Source: an uncultured Thermoanaerobaculia bacterium (GTDB taxonomy: Bacteria > Acidobacteriota > Thermoanaerobaculia > Gp7-AA8). From it: DNA of 64,000 nt. Where the stretch lies: positions 4,268 through 68,267 of the forward strand of contig CAZYTO010000001.1 of the NCBI GenBank assembly GCA_964650405.1, in the 5' to 3' direction. Made by a program: the position numbers and the translations under genes. Positions 37,222 through 46,716 of this stretch are shown here, piece by piece (position 1 is the first letter of the stretch; every line of letters begins with the position of its first letter). The notes under the pieces were generated by a model. It saw only the letters and a program-made list of their open reading frames with translations. It searched no databases and was not told the origin of the DNA.

Positions 37222-38763
37222 ATGACTCGGCGTTGTCTCTTCGTGATTCTTGCCCTGACGATCGGACTCCTTGCCATATCCATCTCCGGCCAGACGGTGG
37301 GAGCGGTGTTGACCGGCTCCCAGGAAGTGCCGGCGACGGCATCCCCCGGCTGGGGGAACTTCACCGGAACGTTCGACTCCACGCACTCGAACCTGACCAT
37401 CACCTGGACGGTAGCAAATCTCGGCGCCCCGATCACCGGGTTCCACATCCACCAGAAAGCCGCCGGGCAGCAGACGGGCGGCATCGTCTTCAATGTCCAG
37501 GGCCTCGGCGGGACGTTCGTAAACGGCAAGCTGACCGGAACGTTCCCGATCACGCCAACCCTGGCTACGCAGATCCTTACGAGCCCCTCGGATTTCTACG
37601 TCAACGTTCACACGAGTCAGTTCCCGGGCGGCGCGGTGCGCGGCGACCTGGCCATCAACAGCGGCGGAATGATTACGTATGCCGCAGATCTCCGCGGGAC
37701 GAACGAAGTGCCGGCCAACTCGAGCACCGCGTACGGCTCGGCGTTCGTGACGATCAATCCGAACAACAACCAACTGTCTTGGGAAGTGGCCACGACGGGT
37801 CTTTCGCCCACCCTGTCGCATATCCACGGGCCGGCGGCCGCGGGCGTGAATGGGTCGGTGATCATCAGCTTCGCCACGAACGCTTCGGCGTTTACGAACG
37901 GGCGGACGAACGGCTCCATCGACATCAGCTCGCTCAATCCCACGACGCTGGCGACACTGCTGTCCGATCCCACGCAGTTCTATGTAAACGTCCACTCGGC
38001 GGCGTTCCCCGGAGGCGAGATTCGCGGGCAGCTCACGAACGCGAACGAGTACGACGTCGCCGTGGCCGGCCACGTAACGAACGCCCTCGGGCAGACGTTC
38101 GTGACGGACGTCCGCGTGTTCAACCCGTCCTATGACACGCCGGCGGACGCGCTGCTCGAGTATTTCCAGAGCGGAACGACGGCGAACGCGACGCAGTCGA
38201 TGGCCGTGAGCATTCCGGCGCGCGGCACCGCCGCGCTGGACGACGCCACGGGATCCTCGGGTCTCAACGTCAGCGGCATCGGCGCGATTCGCGTCTCGGG
38301 CGCGTCGAAGCTGGCGGTGACCTCGCGCATCTTCGCCGACCTCCGCAGCAGCGGGAAGGGAACGTTCGGCCAGTTCGCGCCGGGGTTCGCCCGCAGCGCC
38401 GCGCTGCGCCGGGGAACGCTGCCTCAGTTGTCGAACCGCTCCGATCTCTCGGCCGGCTACCGCACGAACATCGGTTTCTTCAACCCCGTGAACCAGACGG
38501 CCACCCTTCGCCTCGAGCTGCGCGACGCCACCGGCGCGCTGGTCGGGTCGAACCTGCTCACGTTGCAGGCGCTCTCGCAGCAGCAGAACGCGATCGGCGT
38601 GTACTTCCCCGGCGTCGATCTCTCGAACGCCACGAACCTGACCCTGACGTTCGATTCGAGCGTCGGCATCGTGACCTATGCCTCGGTCGTCGACAACGTC
38701 TCGACCGATCAGATCTTCGTCTTCGCGCAGGAGGATACCGGCACGGCGACGAACAGTAATTGA
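37222..38763 (+). CDS. Secreted protein with two tandem CHRD domains plus a C-terminal beta-rich domain
   Basis: RBS AGGAGG at 37209-37214. Signal peptide. Two copies of the CHRD pattern: GSQEVP..SPGWG...HIH......FYVNVHTSQFPGGAVRGDL, then EVPANSSTAYGSAF...HIHGP...FYVNVHSAAFPGGEIRGQL. Confidence 0.8.
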   Translation: MTRRCLFVILALTIGLLAISISGQTVGAVLTGSQEVPATASPGWGNFTGTFDSTHSNLTITWTVANLGAPITGFHIHQKAAGQQTGGIVFNVQGLGGTFVNGKLTGTFPITPTLATQILTSPSDFYVNVHTSQFPGGAVRGDLAINSGGMITYAADLRGTNEVPANSSTAYGSAFVTINPNNNQLSWEVATTGLSPTLSHIHGPAAAGVNGSVIISFATNASAFTNGRTNGSIDISSLNPTTLATLLSDPTQFYVNVHSAAFPGGEIRGQLTNANEYDVAVAGHVTNALGQTFVTDVRVFNPSYDTPADALLEYFQSGTTANATQSMAVSIPARGTAALDDATGSSGLNVSGIGAIRVSGASKLAVTSRIFADLRSSGKGTFGQFAPGFARSAALRRGTLPQLSNRSDLSAGYRTNIGFFNPVNQTATLRLELRDATGALVGSNLLTLQALSQQQNAIGVYFPGVDLSNATNLTLTFDSSVGIVTYASVVDNVSTDQIFVFAQEDTGTATNSN

Positions 38764-38778
38764 GGAAGCCCCGTTTAC

Positions 38779-38807
38779 GTGGAGGCCGCCGCGCCGGCGG
38801 CCTCCAC
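38779..38807. terminator. Perfect 13-bp-stem GC hairpin between convergent genes (GTGGAGGCCGCCG-cgc-CGGCGGCCTCCAC)
   Basis: Lies between the stop of the CHRD protein (38763) and the stop of the MmgE/PrpD gene (38817). Candidate bidirectional terminator. Confidence 0.45.
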
Positions 38808-38816
38808 ACGGAACGG

Positions 38817-40379
38817 CTACGCCCGCTTCTGTACTGCCATCCGCTGTTGTGCTGCCGTCGTCACTAGTGAGAGAAACCGCTCCACCTCCGCGCGCGAAAG
38901 GGTAGGGAGGTGCTCGAGGAGGCCGAGGAGTTGTGTCGCCTCGTAGTTACCGACGGCGGCGGCGAGCTTTTGTCTCATCAGTGCACGCACTTCGTCGCCG
39001 CCCCCTGCGAAGCCGCGTGGGATGGAGATCGCGCGTTGAACGACGTGGCCGTTTGTGAGGCGGATCTCCACGCGTGCACCGATGGGCTTGGTCGATTCGC
39101 GAAAATCCAACGGTCGCCGGTCGCCGGCGGCACGCGCCAGCGCCGCCACGAGCCGCGCGACCTGCCACGCATTGCGCAGGCGCGCCGTCTTTGCGAGGGT
39201 CAGGGCGAAGAGCGCGGCCTTCCAGCGGGGGATGCGGCGCAGCGCGGCGCCGATGGGAATGTCGGCCGTGAGCGCATTGACGGTCAACGGCACGTCATGA
39301 CGCGTCCGCACCCGTGCCGCCAGCGCCCAGACGTCGGGTCTGGCAATCCAGTCGCGCTTCAACTGGGCGGGCGTGAATTCGCGGGCCAGGATCGCCGAGG
39401 CGAGGACGAAGGGCGTGGAGAACGTGAGCGTGGAGATGCACGAGCGGGGTCCGTCGAGATACGGCGCGGAGTGTGCGTCCATCCCCACGGTGAAGATCGA
39501 GGCTCGGACGGCGACGGCCGCGATGTCGTCAGGCGATAGGTTGTGAGTGCGGACGAGGTCGAGCGTGGCATCGAGCGCGGCACAGAGATAGCCGCAAACG
39601 GGATAGAGCTTGTAACTGTTCGTCTCCGTATGCCATCGCTCGCCGAGGCCGTCGAGGAAGTCGCGCACCGGCAGGCGAGTGGCCCTGGCGAAGAAACCGC
39701 CGGAATCGTCGAGCGGATCGCGCGGTGCACGAAGGCCGGCGCGCACGGCGTCGATTGCTTCCATGCCGGTTCGCACCGGCAGCGCCGCACACAGCACCTT
39801 GGCATCGGAGCCGAGGAACGCGGGATAGAGCGCGTGGCCCGGGTACGACAGCGCGATGGCCAGCGCCTCGGCGAACTGTGTCTCGTTCAGCCCTTCGAGC
39901 CTGGCCCGTGCCGCGGCGGCCGCGACGAGGTGGAGGTGCGTCGCCATCTGACCGCGCGTGGAGCCGACCGCACAGACCATGTTGATGCGCGCCGCGAGCT
40001 CGTTGGCGATGAGCTGGGCGAGGAGCATCTCGGCGCCCGAGCGGCCATCGGCCAGTGCCAGGGGCACGATCACCGACGAGTGGCCGGTATGACCGCCGAG
40101 CATCACGTCGTCGAAGTCGACGACCATCGACCATGCCGCCATGAGCATGGCTGCATGCGCCGGCGGTGCGCTCTCGCCGGTCGGAACGATCCGCGCCGCG
40201 CCGGGACCGGGCGAGGGAAAGGCCGCGGCGATTTGCGCTCCGAGGTCGCTGTCGAAACCGGTGAAGACCGCGGCGAGCATCGACAGCCACTGGTTGACGG
40301 CCTGCTCGCGTACGTGCCGCGGCACGTCGTCGAGGGTGAGCCGGCACGCCCAGCGCGCCATGCGTTGGAGCGTGGTCAC
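38817..40379 (-). CDS. MmgE/PrpD-family protein (2-methylcitrate-dehydratase fold)
   Basis: 520 aa with an N-terminus typical of the family (..LTLDDVPRHVREQAVNQWLSMLAAVFTG..). GTG start at 40379. It lies downstream, on the same strand, of the FAAL-ACP-aminotransferase megaenzyme gene. Confidence 0.85.
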   Translation of the reverse strand: MTTLQRMARWACRLTLDDVPRHVREQAVNQWLSMLAAVFTGFDSDLGAQIAAAFPSPGPGAARIVPTGESAPPAHAAMLMAAWSMVVDFDDVMLGGHTGHSSVIVPLALADGRSGAEMLLAQLIANELAARINMVCAVGSTRGQMATHLHLVAAAAARARLEGLNETQFAEALAIALSYPGHALYPAFLGSDAKVLCAALPVRTGMEAIDAVRAGLRAPRDPLDDSGGFFARATRLPVRDFLDGLGERWHTETNSYKLYPVCGYLCAALDATLDLVRTHNLSPDDIAAVAVRASIFTVGMDAHSAPYLDGPRSCISTLTFSTPFVLASAILAREFTPAQLKRDWIARPDVWALAARVRTRHDVPLTVNALTADIPIGAALRRIPRWKAALFALTLAKTARLRNAWQVARLVAALARAAGDRRPLDFRESTKPIGARVEIRLTNGHVVQRAISIPRGFAGGGDEVRALMRQKLAAAVGNYEATQLLGLLEHLPTLSRAEVERFLSLVTTAAQQRMAVQKRA

Positions 40380-40410
40380 GCGGTGCTCGCAATCGGAGGA
40401 AGGCCCTCAG

Positions 40411-40520
40411 GAACGAGCGACGAGCGACCAGCGGCCAGCGAGACGCGATCAGCGGCCAGCGGAGCGCAACCAGCGAAGTGCGACCAGCGAACAGCGATCA
40501 GCGACCAGCGAATTGGAGCC
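40411..40520. repeat. Degenerate tandem repeat: nine CAGCG units (GACCAGCG / GATCAGCG / GGCCAGCG) in ~100 bp, in the spacer between the megaenzyme and MmgE/PrpD genes
   Basis: Sequence: acgagcgaccagcggccagcgagacgcgatcagcggccagcggagcgcaaccagcgaagtgcgaccagcgaacagcgatcagcgaccagcgaattgg. A near-palindrome CCTCCCTACGTAGGAGG follows at ~40536-40555. Confidence 0.4.
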
Positions 40521-40592
40521 CCCTCGAGGAGTCGCACCTCGTTCCCCTCCCTACGTAGGAGGTGCATCACTGTCAATGCTTCGGGGGCCGGA

Positions 40593-43500
40593 TCACGCAC
40601 GCACACCGGCCAGCCGCTCGTAGCCGGCTTCGTCCTCCCTCTTCTCGAGCCTGTGGTCGAGCAGGACGCGGAATCCCAGCTCGTCCGCGAGCCGCTCCAT
40701 CTCCAGCACCTGCTGGAGTGAAAGGTCATATCCGAGACCGCTGTCCTGGTAGCGCTGGTCCATGGCCAGCATCATCGTCTCGGCCATGCAGGCGTAGGCG
40801 CTGCCGCGGGCCAGCGAGGCGTTGAACCCGAGCGAGGCGTCGCCGGGCATCCGCACCACGCCGCCGTCTATGACCAGGACGTCGGGACGGGCCGCGCGCA
40901 CCGCGGCGTCGACGTTCGACGGCCGCGAGATGTCGCAGACGATGGCGCGCTTGCGCAGGTTCTCGTCGCGCACCATCCGCTCGGTCGTGCTCGTACAGCA
41001 GACGACGAGATCGACGTCCGGCAGCGTTCCGGCGGCGTCGACGGAGATCTCGAGCGCATGCGTCCGCCGGATCAGCTCCTCGCCGATGCGTACCAGCGCG
41101 GCACGGTCGGGCGTCGGCGGAAGGGTGAAGTCGAGCTCCTCGACCCAGCTTGCGACGGAGCCCGGGGTGAGGTCAGACCCGCTCCGCAGCTCGTCGAGGG
41201 ACCAGACGATCCGGCCGGCGACCTGCAGCAGGCGCTCGCGCGTCTCGTTCGGATGGGCGGGATTGCCGATGAGCACGAGCCGCCCCGCATCGCGCGAGAG
41301 GAGGATCGACAGCGCGGACCCGATGGCCCCGCCGGCACCGACGATGCCGACCGTGCGGCGGGCCAGGTTGAGGCTCCGCTCCGCCGCGGCCAGGCGGATG
41401 GTCTGCCGCGCCGCGACGGCCGTGAACGAGTTCCCGGTCGTCAGCGGCGGCAGTCCGTTGCCCTTGAGCGACAGGCCGCCCTGCGTGACCACGGAGGTGT
41501 AGGCGCCGAGGCCGATGATCTTCGCGCCGCGCTTCTGGGCCAGCTTCGCCGCGTCGTAGATCTCGGCCACGGCCCGGTCGTGCTTCATGGCCCGCAGTTC
41601 CTCGGCGCGCCGCGGCACGAGGATGAACTCCCCGTATGCCGACTTGTGATTGTCGCCGGTGACACGCGTCTCGCCGATGACCAGCGGGTCGAAGTTGTCG
41701 CCGAGGGCGTTCGAAAGCGCGGAGAGCTGCGCCTCGTCGAGCGGCGCGAGGCTGCCGTCGATATCGCCGTAGTCCTTCCACGCCAGCGGATGCACGAGGA
41801 AGGCGAAGCGCCCTTCGTTCCGGCGCGGCTCGAAGCGGTGGGCACGCGCCTCGGCGCGAGGGCGGTGGATCTCGACCGTGGCGCTGAAGCCGGTGACCTG
41901 CGAGGTGAGCGCAGCGAGGTTACGCCGGTCGATCCGTTGCAGCACGCGCTCCAGCGCGTGGAGGAAGAACTGGCACTCGTCCCACGTGGCCGTCAGCGGC
42001 GGCTCGATGCGCAGCACGCCCCCCTGGTTGAGCGTGTAGCCGACGCGTACGCCTTCGACGTGGAGGAGGTGGCTGACCACGAGGGCTGTCAGCGCTTCCT
42101 GCTCGCCGAGGTACCCGAGCAGGCCGTCGCCGGCATTGTGGCGAGTGAGACCAAAGCGGAGACCGAGGAGGTAGCCGCGCCCGCGGACTTCGCCGATGAG
42201 GCCCGGATAGCTGCGATCGAGCGCCAGCAGGCCGTCCTTGAGCCGGGCGCCGTTCGCGGCCACCTGGCCGATCAGCGCGCCTTTGTTCTCTTCGAGGAGA
42301 TCGAGGGTGGCCAGGCCGGCGCGGCAGGCCAGCGTATTACCTGCGAAGGTCGACGTGTGTTTCAGCGCGAACTCGTCGTTGTAGGCGGCGGCCGTGCAGA
42401 GACACGCGCCGATGGGAACGAGCCCGCCGCCAAGCGCCTTGGCCACGGTCATCACGTCGGGGGTGATGCCGAGATCGCGGCAGACGAACATCGCGCCGGT
42501 CCGGCCCAGCCCCGTCTGGATCTCGTCGGCGACGAAGAGCGTGCCGGTCTCGCGGCAGATCTTGCGCGCCTGGCGGAGATACCCCGCCGGCGGCTCCACG
42601 ATGCCGCCCTCTCCCTGGATCGGCTCGACGACGAATGCCGCGTGCCGGCCGCCGGAGAGGATCCGGCGTAGCGCGTCGAGATCGCCGTACGGAACGTACT
42701 CGAAGCCGGGCACCGGCGCTCCGAACGGTTTCTGGTACTTCTCCTTGTCCGTCGCGGAGAGCGCGCCGAGCGTCTTGCCGTGGAAACCGTTGTTCGCGGC
42801 GAGGACGGCGTGGCGTCCGGTCGTGGAGCGGCAAAGCTTGATGGCCGCCTCGATGGCTTCCGCGCCGCTGTTGGCGAACGTGACATACGCCATGCCCGGC
42901 GGCGCCACGGCGAGCAGCCGCTCCGCCAGCTCTCCGGCGGCGTTGAGCAGCGACGGCTGGACGAAGCTCGGCTCGCCGCGCTCGCGCACGGCCTGCAGCG
43001 CAGCCCAGATGCGGGGTGGATTGAAGCCGAACGGGAGGGCACCGTATTGCGCGAGAAAGTCGAGATACCGCCGGCCGTTCTCGTCCCACAGCCAGCTTCC
43101 CTCGCCGCGCACGAACGACTTGTCCATGCCCATTTGTGTCAGGAGACGCCCGAGCTCGGGGTTCACGGACGTTTCGAAGGGATGCGGGCGGCGAGCGGCG
43201 AGCGGCGAGCGGGGAGACGCTGGAGTCGAACGGGAGTCGGCCAGCGGGGGACGTTGCATGGCGACCGACGGCTGAAGCTGGGGCGGTGCGGACGGGATTG
43301 CCGCGGCCTGCGGAGTTAGACGCACCGGCAAGGGAGGTGGCGGCGGGCTGGTCGTTTTCTTCGTGTGCGGCGGAACGAGCGGCGTGACGTTGGCCGGAGA
43401 GGCCGGCTCGCGCGGCGTTTCCTGAATGCGGCGGACGGGCTGGCGGGGGCGCGGCCGCCCCTCGAAGAGGCTCCCCGCGTCCAGGTGGAGCGCGAACGTC

Positions 43501-45395
43501 TCCTCGATCTCGCCGACGAGGGTGACGACGACGAGGGAGTCGAGGCCGAACGCCACGAGCGGCAGGTCGCGGTCGAGGAGTGCAGCCGGCTGTCGCGTTC
43601 GTGCGGCGATGCCCTCGACCAGCCACGACTCCAGGCGGTCGAGGCCACGTCCCCGCTTCGGGGCAGTTGGTTCGTCCAGTCGGGCGAACAGCGCCTCGTC
43701 CCTCCAAGCGGTGATGGGGTCCAGGTTGCCAGCCAGGAACTCGTTCCGGATCAGCGCGCGCTGCGTCTTGCCGCTGGTCGTCTTCGGCAGGCTGTTCGGG
43801 CGGAGGAGGGAGACGGCGGAGACCTCGACCGTGAGCTCGGCGGCGACGGCGCTGCGGATGCGTGCCATGAGCGCATTCGTGTCGAGATCGCGCCGCGCCT
43901 CGCGGCGGACCTCGGCGACGATGACCAGTCTCTCCGCACCGGCCACGTCGGCCGAGACCGCCGCGACGAACGAGGCGTGAATGGCCGGATCGCACTGCTC
44001 GACGACCTGCTCGATGTCCTGGGGCGCGAGGTTGCGGCCGCGGATGATGATCAGGTCCTTGATGCGGCCGGTGACGAACAGCTCCCCATCGTGCAGGAAG
44101 CCGAGGTCGCCGGTGCGCATGAACGGACCGTCGCCATCGGCGAGATGCGCAGCAAACGTCTCCGCGGAGAGCTCCGGCTGATGCCAGTAGCCTTGCGCCA
44201 CGCTCGGGCTGCCGAGCCAGATCTCGCCCACTTCGTCCTCGTTGCAGCGGCGTCCCGAGCCGGATTCGACGATCACCACGCGCGAGTCGAGCAGGGGAGC
44301 CCCGCAACTGACGAGGCTCGCGCACGGCGCCGTGGCCGCCGGGCGCGGCCGATGCGACTCCAGGCTGGCGCGCGAGAACGACGTCGTGCCGCGGTGGTAG
44401 CGGCCGGTGGCAAAGAGCGTGTTCTCGGCGAGACCATAGCAGGGGAAGAACGCCTCGCGCCGGAAGCCGCACGGGGCGAACGCTTCGGCAAACGCATCGA
44501 GCGTGGCGGCGCGGATCGGCTCCGCGCCGTTGAAGGCGGTGCGCCACCGTGAGAGATCGAGTCCCTCCCGCTCCTCCGCAGAGATGCGCTCGACGCACAG
44601 CCCATAGCCGAAGTCGGGGGCGCCGCTGAACGTCCCGCCGTAACGGCTGACGGCGTCGAGCCAGAGGCGCGGCTTCTTGAGGAAATCGACCGGTGCGAGC
44701 AGGTAACACGGCACGCCGTTATAGAGCGACGACAAGACGATGCTGATCAGGCCCATGTCGTGGAAGAGCGGCAGCCACGACACGATGACCGTGTCGGGGC
44801 CGTGATGGACGGCCTCCTTCGCCAGGGCCTGATTGTGAATGATGTTGCCGTGGCTGACCATCACGCCTTTCGGCGCGGAAGTCGACGCTGACGTGTATTG
44901 CAGGAAGGCCAGAGTATCGGGTCCGGCATTGGGATCGACCCACGCCGAAGCTTCGTCGAGGGACACCTCGCTGGTGATCAGCCACTCGACGGCGGCCAGG
45001 CCGGGGGCTTCGTCGAAGCGCGCCGCCAACTGGCGATGGACGACGTCGGTGGTCATGGCCACTTTGGGCCGGGCGTCGTCGAGGATGGCCGCCAGGCGCT
45101 TGAGGTTGTGATTGGCCCGCGGCGGATAGCCGGGAACAGCCACGGCGCCGGCGGCCAGACATCCATAGAAGGCGGCGATGTACTCGGTCCCGCTGGGATA
45201 GAGGAGCAGGACGCGCTCGCCCCGCGCGCCGAGCCGTTGCAGCCGGGCGGCCAGGGCCCGTACGCGCCGGTCCAACTGGCCGAAGGAGAGGGTCTCCGAC
45301 TCGTCGCCTCCGCTGAGGAACGTATAGGAGCGCGCGCCCGGCCGGGTCTGGGCGCGGTCGCGAAGCAGGTGAATGAGCGAAGCAGGCGATGCCAT
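40593..45395 (-). CDS. Four-domain biosynthetic enzyme: fatty acyl-AMP ligase (FAAL) - ACP - Pro-rich linker - class-III (PLP) aminotransferase - C-terminal Rossmann-fold NAD(P)-binding dehydrogenase-like domain
   Basis: 1,600 aa. The N-terminal ~580 aa is an adenylation/FAAL fold (..YTFLSGGDESETLSFGQLDRRVRALAARL..). The carrier domain has a GLDSL phosphopantetheine site. The linker is PPPPPLPVRLTPQAAAIPSAPPQLQPS. The aminotransferase motifs are ..ANSGAEAIEAAIKL.., ..FHGKTLGA.., and ..VADEIQTGLGRTGAMF... The C-terminal ~450 aa contains GIVGAGGAIGSALSILL but no family that can be confidently assigned. Confidence 0.85.
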   Translation of the reverse strand: MASPASLIHLLRDRAQTRPGARSYTFLSGGDESETLSFGQLDRRVRALAARLQRLGARGERVLLLYPSGTEYIAAFYGCLAAGAVAVPGYPPRANHNLKRLAAILDDARPKVAMTTDVVHRQLAARFDEAPGLAAVEWLITSEVSLDEASAWVDPNAGPDTLAFLQYTSASTSAPKGVMVSHGNIIHNQALAKEAVHHGPDTVIVSWLPLFHDMGLISIVLSSLYNGVPCYLLAPVDFLKKPRLWLDAVSRYGGTFSGAPDFGYGLCVERISAEEREGLDLSRWRTAFNGAEPIRAATLDAFAEAFAPCGFRREAFFPCYGLAENTLFATGRYHRGTTSFSRASLESHRPRPAATAPCASLVSCGAPLLDSRVVIVESGSGRRCNEDEVGEIWLGSPSVAQGYWHQPELSAETFAAHLADGDGPFMRTGDLGFLHDGELFVTGRIKDLIIIRGRNLAPQDIEQVVEQCDPAIHASFVAAVSADVAGAERLVIVAEVRREARRDLDTNALMARIRSAVAAELTVEVSAVSLLRPNSLPKTTSGKTQRALIRNEFLAGNLDPITAWRDEALFARLDEPTAPKRGRGLDRLESWLVEGIAARTRQPAALLDRDLPLVAFGLDSLVVVTLVGEIEETFALHLDAGSLFEGRPRPRQPVRRIQETPREPASPANVTPLVPPHTKKTTSPPPPPLPVRLTPQAAAIPSAPPQLQPSVAMQRPPLADSRSTPASPRSPLAARRPHPFETSVNPELGRLLTQMGMDKSFVRGEGSWLWDENGRRYLDFLAQYGALPFGFNPPRIWAALQAVRERGEPSFVQPSLLNAAGELAERLLAVAPPGMAYVTFANSGAEAIEAAIKLCRSTTGRHAVLAANNGFHGKTLGALSATDKEKYQKPFGAPVPGFEYVPYGDLDALRRILSGGRHAAFVVEPIQGEGGIVEPPAGYLRQARKICRETGTLFVADEIQTGLGRTGAMFVCRDLGITPDVMTVAKALGGGLVPIGACLCTAAAYNDEFALKHTSTFAGNTLACRAGLATLDLLEENKGALIGQVAANGARLKDGLLALDRSYPGLIGEVRGRGYLLGLRFGLTRHNAGDGLLGYLGEQEALTALVVSHLLHVEGVRVGYTLNQGGVLRIEPPLTATWDECQFFLHALERVLQRIDRRNLAALTSQVTGFSATVEIHRPRAEARAHRFEPRRNEGRFAFLVHPLAWKDYGDIDGSLAPLDEAQLSALSNALGDNFDPLVIGETRVTGDNHKSAYGEFILVPRRAEELRAMKHDRAVAEIYDAAKLAQKRGAKIIGLGAYTSVVTQGGLSLKGNGLPPLTTGNSFTAVAARQTIRLAAAERSLNLARRTVGIVGAGGAIGSALSILLSRDAGRLVLIGNPAHPNETRERLLQVAGRIVWSLDELRSGSDLTPGSVASWVEELDFTLPPTPDRAALVRIGEELIRRTHALEISVDAAGTLPDVDLVVCCTSTTERMVRDENLRKRAIVCDISRPSNVDAAVRAARPDVLVIDGGVVRMPGDASLGFNASLARGSAYACMAETMMLAMDQRYQDSGLGYDLSLQQVLEMERLADELGFRVLLDHRLEKREDEAGYERLAGVRA

Positions 45396-45576
45396 GACTG
45401 TTCGATATCGATTCGATGACGGTCCGATTCGTGTGACTCGTTGCTGACGGCGCGGGGATTTGTGACGGCAATGTAGATCGGAATACGGAAGTTGTCAATT
45501 CCATGAAGAAAGAATTGCGTCATGCCGTTATTTAATGTATAACGCGGCCATCCACTATTGCGGGCCGGAGGATCTG
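45396..45576. promoter_or_regulatory. AT-richer divergent promoter region of the biosynthetic cluster
   Basis: Candidate sigma70-like elements for the plus operon: TTGCGT-N17-TATAAC (about 45517-45545). RBS GGAGG at about 45566-45570, then ATG at 45577. Repeated TGTGAC motifs lie upstream. Confidence 0.35.
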
Positions 45577-46707
45577 ATGAATTTCCTGAAACGGGATCGG
45601 GAGACGCTGGAGAGATTTCTGCCGGGGCTCGACGCCCGCCTGCTGAACATCCCCCTCATGGACATCGAACAGCCGGGAAACCCCGGCCTCACCTTCCTGC
45701 GCGAGCTGGAAGGCGCCGCCCTGCTGGTTCCTGCCCAGCACGGCGGTAAGGGAGCCTCGGCCGCGGAAGCCATCCAGATTCACCGCGCCGTGGCCACCCG
45801 GTCGCCCTCCCTGGCCATCGCCATGACCATGCATAATTTTTCCGTCGCCACCCTGGTCGAGTACCTCTTCTATGGCGACTACACGGTGGAGCTGCTGCAG
45901 CAGATCGCCGGCGGCCAGTTGCTGGTGGCCTCGGGGTTCGCCGAGGGGCGGGCGGGCACGAGCATTCTCGATCCGGCCATGAAGGCTACGCCGCTGGAGG
46001 GCGGCGGCTACCTCCTCAACGGCAGCAAGAAGCCCTGCAGCCTCCCGAATTCGATGCACATTCCTACGGCCAGCGGGGCGGTGCCGTCCAAAAGCGGCAA
46101 CGGCGGTCATCGCCGGGCCGTTGCCGTTGTTCCGGCTGATGCCGAGGGGATCGATCGGAGGCCGTTCTGGAGCAGCAACGTTCTACGGGGCGCGGAGAGC
46201 GAAGAGCTCTGCCTGACCAACGTGGCCATCACCGACGCGCAGCTCTTCTTCCCGGAAGTGGAGGAGAGCCTCGATGCCGTCGAGGCGGGCGGGTTTCTCT
46301 GGTTCGAGCTGCTCGTCTCGGCCTCGTATCTCGGCGTGGCCTCGGCCCTCGTGGAGAAGGTGCTCACCAGCAACCGTGGCGACGCCAATGAACGGATGCA
46401 ACTGGCCATCGAATGCGAAGGGGCCATGGCCGCGCTGGAAGGCGTCGCGCGCGCCATGCAGACGGGCGAGCGGGGCGAGGCCATCCTCGTACAGTCGCTC
46501 CTCGTCCGCTTCTCCGTGCAGCAGGCCATCGAGCGGATCACCGCTCGGGCGGCCGAGCTCCTCGGCGGCATGGCCTTCATCAAGTCGCCCGACGTCGGCT
46601 ACCTCTACGCGGCCAGCCGGGCCCTGGCCTTCCATCCGCCGTCGCGGCTCAGCGTGAGTGCGGCCGTCGACGGCTACCTGCACGGCCAGCCGATGCAGGT
46701 GGCGTAA
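45577..46707 (+). CDS. Acyl-CoA-dehydrogenase-fold flavoenzyme (candidate amine N-hydroxylase / acyl-ACP dehydrogenase)
   Basis: ACAD middle-domain pattern (..GRAGTSILDPAMKATPLEGGGYLLNGSKKPCS..) and a C-terminal helical domain. The RBS-supported start is at 45577. The listed upstream ATG at 45535 would overlap the putative -10 box. Confidence 0.7.
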   Translation: MNFLKRDRETLERFLPGLDARLLNIPLMDIEQPGNPGLTFLRELEGAALLVPAQHGGKGASAAEAIQIHRAVATRSPSLAIAMTMHNFSVATLVEYLFYGDYTVELLQQIAGGQLLVASGFAEGRAGTSILDPAMKATPLEGGGYLLNGSKKPCSLPNSMHIPTASGAVPSKSGNGGHRRAVAVVPADAEGIDRRPFWSSNVLRGAESEELCLTNVAITDAQLFFPEVEESLDAVEAGGFLWFELLVSASYLGVASALVEKVLTSNRGDANERMQLAIECEGAMAALEGVARAMQTGERGEAILVQSLLVRFSVQQAIERITARAAELLGGMAFIKSPDVGYLYAASRALAFHPPSRLSVSAAVDGYLHGQPMQVA

Positions 46708-46716
46708 ACGGAGGCG

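Noticed and set aside
42337-44709. 790-aa and other long ORFs inside 40.6-45.4 kb
   Set aside because: Alternative frames of the 1,600-aa megaenzyme gene. Arg/Pro/Gly-rich, with no motifs.
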